Below, piece after piece: positions 1 through 10,383 of a DNA stretch of 64,000 nt. Location: contig JABVCE010000024.1 in NCBI GenBank assembly GCA_014905635.1, positions 124,001-188,000 of the forward strand, read 5' to 3'. The first letter of the stretch is position 1. Each line of letters begins with the position of its first letter. The notes under the pieces were generated by a model that was given only the letters and a program-made list of their open reading frames with translations, did no database searches and was not told where the DNA came from. A program made the position numbers and the translations under genes. The stretch comes from Scenedesmus sp. PABB004. Its lineage: Eukaryota.

Positions 1-429
1 TTTATCTGCCCGCACTGTGCGGGGCTTTCACAAATCAGCGACAAACGCAGCTGTTGTTCTTTATCTGTGTTGAACTGTTCGCAGCAGCAGGGCCCTGCAG
101 CAGCAGCAGCGCAGCGCCCTGCAGACAGCGCAGCGCCCTGCGGATAGCGCCAATCAAACGCGCGCGTGTATCGCCTGCAGTCATGGTGTGTGCAAAAATG
201 GTGTTCCTGTCATCAACCTTTTACCATATGCCGCCCCTCTCACCCCAGATCCTTTGTGTTGCTTGCCTGACATTCTTCGCCCACTTAACTTGCTGGCGCT
301 CCCTCCTCACTTGCTGGCTGTGTGATGTTCTGCATTGAGACTCCTTGCTGGCTGGCCTGGCCGATGCGGGGCTGGTGGAGCCCGCGTCAGGTACCTACGC
401 CGGCAGCAGCGATGTGTGGCCCTATCTTT

Positions 430-1147
430 CCTGGTGAGTGTCGCAGCAGCGCACGCCTGTGCAACCAACATTTGCAGCTCCGTGGCCGCGCCCTGCGGCG
501 CAGCGCTCCGCCGAGTGGCCCGCCACGACCGCGGCCATCACGCCGCGCGCGCGCCGGCGGCCCGCATCCTGCAGCAGCTGTAGCTCGGCGGCGCCGGCGC
601 CGCCACCGGCAGCCAGCCTCCCGCCGCGCGGCAGGCCGACCAGCGGCGGCGTGCTGCCGCCGCGCAGCAGCTGGCCCTGGACGCCCGCGCGCTACCGGCG
701 GCCAGCGCCGCCAGCACCTTCGCCGCGCAGCCGCGCGCCAGGAGGCTGAGCATCTGCTCAGCGCGCCGGCGTCCTCAAACACCGCCTGGCGGTGGCACGG
801 CGCGCGGCTGCCAGCGCGCGCGGGGCCGCCGGGGCAGCGGCCCGCGCCGCGGCCGCGGCCGCACCCGAGCCGAGCAAGCGCGTGCGGTGCGGCAGGGCGC
901 CCGAGTCGATGATGCGCGCCTGCGCCTCAGGGGGAGCCGAGGGCTCAGCGAGCACCCACACCACGGCAGCCTCGGACGCCAGCCAGCTCGGACGCCAGCG
1001 TGCTGCACCCGAGCCACCCGGCAGCGCTCGCCAGCCTGGCGCTCCCGGCGGCAGCGCCGCAGCTCGCCAGCGCAGGTGCCGGGCGCAGTCCAGCTGTGTG
1101 CGACTGCTGGGCCAGGCAGCTGCGCCAAGTGCGCCGGGGCGGGGCAT
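430..1147 (-). pseudogene. Possible degenerate ARM-repeat-like coding remnant
   Basis: Minus-strand fragments in shifting frames (WVLAEPSAPPEAQARIIDSGALP; AVFEDAGAL/EQMLSLL; VQGQLLRGGSTPPLVGL) resemble armadillo G-alp-Lv-LL motifs. No clean spliced ORF could be built. Confidence 0.25.
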
Positions 1148-1364
1148 CGCGCGCTGCTGATACCCGTCACGGGAGCCGCCGCCACGGCGCGGTTGTGCGC
1201 CGCCACCTCGCCGCGCCACGCCGCCGCTCCCTGATCGAGCTCGCGATTTGCCGGGGCGCACGAGCTCGGCCAGCCAGGGCCAGCCCGCGCACGGCTCCCA
1301 CTGCTGCCGCGCTCCGAGACTGATGCGCGGCGCCTGCTAGCGCCCTCCACGCGCTCTCGGCGCC

Positions 1365-3437
1365 ATGACGGGTGCCGCCGTGCCGCCGTCGCCGGAGGCG
1401 GGCGCCGCGGAGGTGGGCCCGCGCGCGGAGGACGCGATCGTGTTCATCTTGAGCTGCTTCTCCATCGGCATCCTGCTGCGCCTGACCCTGGTGCGCTGGG
1501 TCCGCGTCCCCTACACCGCCATGCTGCTGGTGAGCACGCGGCCAGGCCGCCGCCGGCGCGCTGCGGCGGCCGGCCGGCTGCTGCCGCTGCTGCCGCTGCC
1601 GCCGCCGTTGTGTTGGTGACGCGGCGGGCCCGCGCCCCCCGCGCAGCTGGTGGGCCTGGGCATCGGCTTCCTGCAGCTGGCCAACCCCGCGACCGAGGCG
1701 TTCACCAACTCGCTGCGCATCTGGCTGGTGCGCAGCGCGGCGGCGCCCGCCGCCCGACCTCGCGCCGCTCCCTCGCCGCCGCGCGCGCGCGCGCGTCCCG
1801 CCGCCCCCGAGCCCCGCGCGCCCCTCCTGCGCGCCCCTCCTGCGCGCCCCGCAGAGCATGGAGCCGCACCTGCTGCTGCTCATCTTCTTGCCGGTCATTG
1901 GCTTCAGCGCCGCGATCGGCCAGGAGCCCCACATGCTGCGCAAGAGCTGGCTCCAGGCGCGCCCCGCCGCCGGCGCCCGCGCGGGCGCGCCTGCCTGTGT
2001 GTGTGGGAGGAGGGGGGGGGAGACTGGGCACGCAGGGCGGCAGGCGCCGGCGGCGGCGCCGCCCACGAAACCCCTCCCCGGCCTTCCTCCCCCGCCCTCC
2101 TCCCCCCTCCACGCGTGCCCACGCACCGCCCACGCCCGCGCGCCCGTGCCCCCGCCGCCGCCCACCCCTGAACCCCGCCCGCCGCCGCGCCTAAACCTCG
2201 CCGCCGCGCCTAAACCCAGATCATGCTGCTCGCGTGGCCGGGCGTTGTCATCCAGTTCCTGCTCATCGCCCTGGCGGCCAAGTATGTCTTCCCTTACGGC
2301 TGGACCTGGCCCGAGGCCTTCCTCTTTGGCGCGATGCTCAGGTGAGGGTGTGGGTGTGGGTGGGTGTGTGGGGGAGGCAGGGAGGGAGGGGGGGGACGAG
2401 GGCGGGAGGGGCGGAGGGAAGGAGGGAGCGCCGCGCGGGGCGGGGCAGGGGCGGGGGCGGCCCGTGCTGCGGGCGGCGCGCGGCGACGGACCCGACCCCG
2501 CCCACGCCGTCGCCCGCGCCCCGCAGCGCGACCGACCCCGTCGCGGTGGTCGCGGTCCTGCAGGAGGTGCGCGCCGCGCCGCCGCGCCGCCGCGCCCCCC
2601 TTCCCGCGTGGCACTCGCGCCTCTCCCCCTTCCGTCCCAAATTTTTCACAAAAGAAAACGAGCACGTGACGCCGCCGCCGCCGCCGCCGCGCGCCCCGTT
2701 GCCCAGGTCGGCGCGAGCGCGAAGCTCGCGTGCGTCATTGACGGCGAGTCGCTCATGAATGACGGATCGGCGCTCGTCATATTCCTCCTGCTGCAGCGCA
2801 TCGTGGAGGGCGAGGCCGTCACCGTCGGCGGGGTGCGGCGCGCCGGCGGCGAGCGCGGCAGCGGCGGCGGCGGCGGCGGCGTGCGCGCGGGGCGGGGCGG
2901 GGCGCTGCTGCTGTGCCGGGACGCGCGTGTGTGGGCGCGGGAGTGCGGAAGGCGCGGCGGCTCGCGCGCCGACGGCGCGCTGCGCGCCGCGCTGCGCGCC
3001 GCGCCGCGCGCCGCGCGCCGACGCAGGCGGTCGCGCAGTTCTGCCTGCTCGCCGTGGTGGGCATGCTGCTCGGCGCCGCGTTTGGCGTCGCGACGTCGTG
3101 GCTGCTCGACAACATCTTCAGGTGGGTTCGTGTGCGGACGTGCATGCGTGTGCGGCCGCGCTCGCGCGCCTGCCTGCGTGCGCGTCGAAACAGGCCGGCC
3201 GCGTCTCTCCGCCCAACCCCGCCCGCCGTCCTAAAACCCTTAACCCTAAAACCCTAAACCCTACCCTAAACCCGGCCCGCCCCCGGGCACTGCGCAGGGA
3301 CGCGACGCTGACCACGATCGTGACGCTCGTGTCCGCCTACGCCTCCTACTACACCGCGGACCGCCTCGTCGGCGCGAGCGGGCTGCTCGCGGTCGTGTGC
3401 AACGGCTTTGCGATGTCGCTCATAGGTGGGTGGGGGC

Positions 3438-3531
<94 letters not shown>

Positions 3532-6500
3532 TGTGCGTGTGTTTGTGTGTGTGTTTTGGGGGGTGGGGGGAGGGGCAGCGTGTGCTGTGGGCGTGCCCCC
3601 CGCCTCGCCGCCGCCGCCCGACGGCGGCGCCCGCCCCCTCTCTGCCCCCCCATTGCAGGCGGGCGTCAGCTCACGCTGCGCGTGGAGGACAGCATGCATG
3701 CCTTCTGGGGCGTGCTCGAGTGGGCGGCCAACACCATCCTTTTTGTGTGGATGGGCATCGTGCTCGCCATCGTGCTGCCCCCCAGGCGCGTGTGGTGGCG
3801 CGGGCGCACGCGCGGCGGGTCGCGTGGGCACAAGCGGCGGCACGGGGGGCTCGCGCGAGGCGCCCGCCGCAGGGGGCGCGAGCGGCGCGCCCGTGTCGCG
3901 CGAAACAGCACGCGCTGGGGCGCCCCGCAACACGCCCTCCCGCTGCCCGCCGCCCCCTGCACCTCACTCCTCCCCGCGCAGCCACGCGGCGACGGCGATC
4001 ACCGACCAGCCCATCCACCTCGAGCCGCGCGACGCCGGGTACGTGGTGGTGCTGTACCTGTGGCTGCAGGTGGGTGGAGGGGCCCTGAAGCAGGGTTTAG
4101 GGGGCCAGCCAGGGGGCCAAGGTTTAGGCGCGGGGCCGCGGCCGGCAGCCTGAGCGCCGCCGCCCGCCAGGGCGTTGCGTCGCCGCCGCCCGCGTCGCGT
4201 CGCCGCCGCCCGCGCCGCCCACCCGCGTCGCCCGCAACCCTAAACCCTGCACGTCGTGCGCGCAGGTCGCGCGCGCGATCCTGCTGCTGGTGTGCTGGCT
4301 GCCCTTCAACTACACGGGTTACCCGCTGACCTGGCGCAGCGCGACCGTCATGGTCTGGGGCGGCCTGCGCGGCGCGGTCGGCATGGTGCGGGCCGGCGCA
4401 CGGCGGCTGCCGCGCGCGGCGGTTGCGGGGCCGCTTGCCCCAGCCCTGGGCTCGGCGCGACCGCAGCGCGGTCAAGCTGTGAATCGGTCAAAAATGGTCA
4501 AACTAACAACATAACAAAATAACGCAGGTGATGGCGCTGTTCATCTTCCTCGACACCAAGATCCACGACGCGTCGTTCAAGTCGTACTGCATCTTTTACA
4601 TGGGCACCATGGCCTTCTTCACCGTGAGACCGCGGCGCGGGGTTTGATGGTGCTGCAGCGCTGTGTTTAGGGTTTTGGGGTGAAGGGATTTGAAGGGATT
4701 TTGGGGTTGAGGCACGACGGCCTTCTTCCTCACCGTGCGCCCGCGTTCGCTGTCGGGAGCGCGCCGACGCCGCCGCCCCGCCGCCGCCCCGCCGCCGCCC
4801 CGCCCCGGCGCGTGCCCGCCGCGGCCGCAGGTGCTCATCAACGGCGGGTCGACCAAGGCGCTGCTGTCGGCGCTGGGGTTCATGAGCTACACCCCGGAGC
4901 AGCTCGGCACGCTGCAGGCGCGCGCGCGCCGCGCGTGCGCACGGGGGAGCTGGGGCCCGCCCGGCCCTGGGGCGAGAGCGGCGCGCGGGGCCGGCGCGTG
5001 CCCCACGAGGAGCAGGGCTCTGACCTTGCCGCGCCGCGCCGCGCCGCGAACCGAAAACCCGCCGCGCCGCGCGCCGCAGCACGTGGTGGAGGACATGGAG
5101 GCCATCAGCGAGCGGCGCCTCGCGGCGCTGCGCCCTGACGAGGTGCTGGGGGAGCCGGAGCCAGACGCGGTCAAGGTGTGTGGGCGCCGGGCGGCCGGCT
5201 GGCGCGGGGGCGCGGCTGTGTGGGCTGCTGCGCCTGCGATCGGTGGACAGAGGGGTGGGGGGGGGGGGCAGCTGTTTGCCAAGAGCGGCGCCGGCCGCCG
5301 CCCACGCGCCCGCGCGCGTGCGTGCCGCCCACCCCCGCCGCCCCGCCGCCGCCCCCCCCCCCCTGCCCCGGCAGATGTGGAGCATGCTGCCGACGCAGCC
5401 GGTGCTCGCGGCCGCGCAAGCGGCGTGCGTGCGGCGGCCGCTGCGCGAGGGCTGCCCCGCCGTCGCGGCCGCGCGCGCGGCGGGGCTCGACCCGCAGCTT
5501 CTCTTTGACTACCGCTGCCGCGTGCTCAACATGGTCAAGGCGCACTACGGTGCGATGCGTTTTTATGTTGTTATGTTGCTTTTATGTTGTTTTTATGTTT
5601 TCTTTTGTGTTTGTTGCGTGTTGAGGCAGTTTTTTGCCCTTCGCGCCGCACGGACGCGGCGGCGGCGCCCCTGGGCCCGCCGCCGTGGGCCCGACGGCGG
5701 CTGACGCCACGCCGCGCCGCGCCCGCGCGCTGTCCGCTGCCCGCCCGCCAGCCGACAGCTATGACGCGCACATGCTCACCACGCTGCAGGCGCGCACGCT
5801 GCAGGTGAGCGGCGCGGCGGCGGCGGCGACGGGGGCGGCGCGCGCACGCGGCGCGAGCCCTGCGCGCGCTCCCCGGGCAGGGGCGCGGGCCCTCACCCTC
5901 ACCCTCCCGCGCGCCGCGCGCCGCGCGCCGCGCGCCTGGGCAGGGCGTGACCGACGCCGCGCTGGACGAGGCGGGCGAGGGCCTGGCGGACTGGCGGCTG
6001 CTCGAGCCGAGCTGCCGCCTGCGCGGCCTGCCGCGCCTCGCGCGCGCCTGGAAGGTGCGGCGCGCGCGCCGCCCTCGCGCCGCACCGCCGCCCGCCCGCA
6101 GCAGCCCCCTCCCCACACACCCCACACACCCGCACCCGCACCCGCCCCGCACCCCCCGCCGCCGCCGCCGCTCGCCGCAGCTGCACCGGCTGTCCACCAC
6201 GCTCGTGCAGGCGGCGACGTACGGGCAGGGCGTGAGCAACCTCACGCTGCTTGTCGGCTTCATACATGCCCACCGCCACGCACAGGAGCACCTGCGCACA
6301 CACATACACGTGCGCGCGCGCGCGCGGCGGGGAGGGAGGGAGGGTTGCGGGTCGGCGGCGATGCGGCGTGCCGGCGCGCGCGCCGCCGCGGGCGCTGCCG
6401 CGCTGCCTGACGCGCGCCGCGCGACGCCCGCCGCGCGCAGGCGGTCGCGAGCGCGGCGCCCGAGGGCGGGGGCGATGTGGTGAAGGCCCACCTCAACGGC

Positions 6501-7193
6501 GGCGCAGACCTAAACCCCAACGGCGCGCCGGCGCCGCCGGGCCCCGGCTGCGAGCTCGGCGCCGCGGGCAGCAGCCTCAGCGGCCTGCGCGGCGGCGCCG
6601 AGGCGCTGGCGGTGCTGCGGGAGAGCGAGGCGGAGGCGGGCGAGGCGCTCGCCGCGGCGGAGCGCATCACCGCCGCGCACCCGAGCCTGCCCGCCTGGCT
6701 GCGCAGCAAGCAGGCGCGCGGGGGCTCGCGCGGCGTCGACGCGGGTCGGGGCCCCTGCGGCGGCCCGAGCAGCCGAGCCCCCCCCCCCCCTTGCCCCTGG
6801 GCCCTCGAGCCCTGACACCCTCTGCCCCTGCCCGCCTTGCCCCCCTGTGCCCCCCGTGCCCCCGTGGCTGCCGCCCCCCCTCAGGCCGCGGTGGAGATCC
6901 TGGAGGAGCAGCGGGCCTTCCTGCAGCACCTTGGCGACGCCGGTGCGGCAGCAGCGGCTCGCCCGCGGCGGCGGCCGCGCCGCGCTGCCCAGCGGGGGCT
7001 GCGCTGGCGGGCGCCTGGCGCGGCCGGCGCCGCCTGCCACACACAACGCACACGCGTGCCGCCGCCGCCCGCCTGCCCTCCCGGCCAGGCCTGGTGGCGC
7101 CGCGTGAGATGCTGCTGCTCGGTGACCTCATGGACTCGCAGTCGAGGGCGCTGCTGCGCTCCAACACCGGTGCGCCGCCGCCGCCGCCGCCCC

Positions 7194-7228
<35 letters not shown>

Positions 7229-7234
7229 GCCGTT

Positions 7235-7309
<75 letters not shown>

Positions 7310-7313
7310 GCCG

Positions 7314-7388
<75 letters not shown>

Positions 7389-7389
7389 T

Positions 7390-7441
<52 letters not shown>

Positions 7442-7442
7442 T

Positions 7443-7476
<34 letters not shown>

Positions 7477-9842
7477 CCCCCTCCTCCTTCTCGCCGAATC
7501 GGCCCGCCGCCTGCCTGCCCGCCCGTGCCCCCCGCGGCGGCTCACAGGCATCGCCGCCGCGCTGCACTACTCGCGCATGCGGCCGCCGCTGCACGCGCTG
7601 CCGCTGTTTGACTCCCTCACCGAGGCGGAGGTGCCGGACGTGCTGGCGCGCGCCGAGCGCGAGGCGTACGGCCAGGTGGGGCGGCGGCGCCGGCGCGGCG
7701 ACGACGCGCGCCGTGGCTCCCCCTCGCCGGCTGCGCGCCACGGCAGTGCGCACCGCGGCTGCGTGCCGCTCCGCACGCACCGCGCCCGGCCCTGACCCGC
7801 CCGCTGCCCCCGACCCGCCCCCGCCGCGCGCAGCGCGGCGCGCCGGTGCCGCCGCTGAGCTGGCGCGTGTGGTACCTGGAGCAGGCCATCGCGGGCCTCG
7901 ACGCGCCGCTGGACCAGGTGGTGGTCATCACCAAGGGCAGCGTTCGCCTGCGCTTCGCGCCCGTGGACGGCCCGCACGGCCGCCAGGAGGAACACACCGC
8001 GGTCGCGTCCGTGGGTGCGGCGCGCGGCGCGCGGCCGCACGCCGCGCCGCGCGCGCCGCCGCGGCGCCCGCCTGCCCCAGGGGCATGCCCGTCCGCCCCA
8101 CGGCGCGCCGCCGCCGCCGCCGGCATGGCGCCGCGACGCACCTCCGCGCCGACCCCACTCCCCCCCCCCTGCACGCCCCGCGCCCCCGCCCCCTGCTGCC
8201 GCCCCAGGCGACGCGCTGGGCGTGTGCGAGCTCATGCTGGGCCTGCCGCGCATGGCGGAGCTCACCGCCGACTCCATGGTGCAGGCGCTCATCGTCCCGT
8301 CGCCCACCTTCCTGCGCCTCGTCGCCGACGTGCCGGGCGTGCGCACGCGCGCGTGGCAGGCCACCGCGGCGCAGGTGCGCGGCGCGGCGCGGACCGACCC
8401 TGCGCGGCCGCGGCGCCAGCGCCGGCGCGTGCGGCGCCCGCCTGTCCACGCTCACGCGCGCGCGCCCCGCCCGCCGCCGCGCCGCACCCCGCAGCTCGCC
8501 GCGCAGCACCACCACATCCTGGGGCAGCACCGCCAGCTGGCGCCGCTCAACATCTTTTTCAAGTGGGTCAGGGGGAGGTTTAGGTGTCAAGGGTTTAAGG
8601 TCCCGGGCGGGGCGGGGGCGCTTCGTGCTGCGCGCTGCGCACTGCGCGCTCCGCCGCCGCCGCCCCGGCCTGGCACGCCCGCTGACCACCCTCATCCGCC
8701 CCGCGCCGCGCCGCCAGGTCGTGCACGGTGGAGCGCATGGCGGTGGGGCAGGTCTTCGAGGTCCCCCGCTCCGCGCTGCTGCTCACGGGCGCGGTCGCGC
8801 CGCTGCTGCCGCTGCCGGCCGACTTCCTGAGCTCGCGGCGCACGGCCTCGGGCGCCCTCGGCGAGGCGCTGGGCGCCGCCTCGCCGCCGCTCTCGCCCCT
8901 GTGCAAGCTGGGCGGCGGCTCGCCCGCGGGCGGCTCGCCGACCGGCGGCTCGCCGCGCGGCAGCAGCGGCTCGCTGCGCGGCAGCAGCAGCGGCAGCCTC
9001 GCGGCGCACAGCCAGAGCGTTGCCGCGCCGCCCAGCGCGCTGGGCCGCGCGCCGTCGGTGTCGTCGGACGGCTGCCTGGCCGACCCCTCCGTCCTGCCCG
9101 CGCCCGCCGAGCTGCCGCCGGGGAGTTCAAGTGCCTCACAGAGGCCATGCTGCTGCAGGCGCGCGCGGGCGCCGCGTCGCCTCCCAGTCTCGCGCGCCGG
9201 CCCGCCGCCGAGCGCGCCGCCGCAGCCGCCGCCTGTCCCGCGCTCACCCGCCGCCGCCTGTCCCGCGCGCGCTCACCCGCGCCGCCGCCGCCGCAGGTCC
9301 CGCGCGGCAACGAGCTGCCGAGCCGCGCCGAGACGAGCAGCTACCAGGCGTCTGTGCTGGCGAGCATGCCGCGCATGGACTCCTCCCGCGGCGGCGGCGG
9401 CGGCGGCGCGGAGGGCCCGAGCCCGATCAAGGACGCGCTGCGGTCGACGCTCGGCCGGCTGAGCCGGAGCATGCGCATCGACCGGCTCAGCCGCACCGCG
9501 AGCGACAGCCTGCCGCCGATGCCGTTCCTGCAGGGCGCGCTCGCGGCGCAGCGCGCGGAGCAGGCCGCCGCGGCGGCGGGGCTCGCGGCGGCGCCGCCGC
9601 CGGGCAGCAGCCGGCTGCGCGTGAGCGCGGGCCCGCGCGTCAGCGACGGCGGCGGCTGGCCCGGCGGCGGCGCGGGGCTGCACACCGTGGAGGAGCACCA
9701 CAGGGAGGCAGGCAGCCACGACGGGGCCCGGAACGCCAGCGCCAGCGCCGACGCGCCCCGCGCCGGCGACATCGAGGCGGGCGGCAGGAGCCCGTTTGCG
9801 TCGGTCGGCGGCGGCGCGGCCGCCCCGTCGCGGCCGGCCTGA
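1365..9842 (+). CDS. SOS1: Plasma-membrane Na+/H+ antiporter, CPA1 family, SOS1/NHX7 type; multi-exon, with long cytosolic tail containing a cyclic-nucleotide-binding-like domain
   Basis: Spliced exons give VPYTAMLL, LLLIFLPVIGFSAA, LLAWPGV, FGAMLSATDPVAVVAVLQEVGASAKLACVIDGESLMNDGSA, SGLLAVV, FWGVLEWAANTILF, WGGLRGAVG and INGGST. The tail has LPLFDSL...VITKGSV...GDALGVCELMLGLPRMAELTADS. One apparent frameshift at the G run 9120-9123. Stop TGA 9840-9842. Confidence 0.92.
3230..3273. repeat. Interstitial degenerate telomere-like array of (CCCTAAA)n type in a SOS1 intron
   Basis: cctaaaaccct-taaccctaaa-accctaaacc-ctaccctaaa-ccc matches the plant/chlorophyte TTTAGGG and TTTTAGGG units. Confidence 0.8.
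3439..3554. repeat. (GT)n microsatellite in a SOS1 intron
   Basis: Perfect GT run about 3439-3527, then degenerate. Confidence 0.97.
7195..7473. repeat. (GCGCCC)n hexamer tandem repeat in a SOS1 intron
   Basis: About 280 bp of gcgccc units with a few interruptions. It produces the spurious ARARAR/PRPRPR ORFs. Confidence 0.95.
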
Positions 9843-10135
9843 GCGCCCCGAGGGAGGGCGGGTGGAGGGGGGCGGGGGCACGGCGCGGGCTCGCCCCGAG
9901 GCGGCGAGCGCGGCCGGGGCAGGGGGCGTTGATCCGCGCTCGGCGCGTCTGCAGGTGGGCCGCGGAGAGCCTGGACTCGTGCGCCGTGCTCATAGTTGGT
10001 TTGCGCACCGCACTGCTGGGGCTGTGGGGGTGCGCCTGCCCTGATTGCAGCTGGCTTGGAGGAAGAAGCGGCGCGTCCGCCTCGCCACATTGTGAACGTG
10101 AACTGCGGCGTGAACTGCGTGTTTGAATTTTAAGA

Positions 10136-10140
10136 TTACA
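10136..10140 (-). terminator. TGTAA poly(A) signal, probably for MYB gene 1
   Basis: ttaca on + in an AT-richer intergenic patch, about 245 nt after the MYB1 stop. TGTAA is the chlorophyte near-upstream element. Confidence 0.55.
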
Positions 10141-10383
10141 AATGGCAACGCTGACGGGAGCGCCCGCCCGCCCGCCTCCGCAGCAGCACACAGCACGCAC
10201 AGCACGCGCCGGATCACGCACGCGCCGGATCACGCACGGCTGCCTGGCTCGGTCGAATCAAACATCAATCAAATGCTGCCGCCGCCGCCGGGGCCGGCGA
10301 AAAAATCGGTCTGCGCACGAGCCGCCCGCACGCAGGTGCTGGGCGGACGACCGCCGTCCGCGTGGCGCGGCCCAATCGGCTGC

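Noticed and set aside
8560..8570. Non-canonical GG donor in SOS1
   Set aside because: The canonical AA|gtgggt donor restores the frame (FFKSCTVERM).
6251..9842. Very long ORFs in the track (e.g. 1001 aa at 6837-9842, 948 aa at 25441-28287 +, 993 aa at 28271-31252 +, 931 aa at 40931-43726 -)
   Set aside because: Stop-poor GC-rich DNA, intron read-through or antisense shadows of real genes. The translations are Arg/Ala/Pro low complexity.
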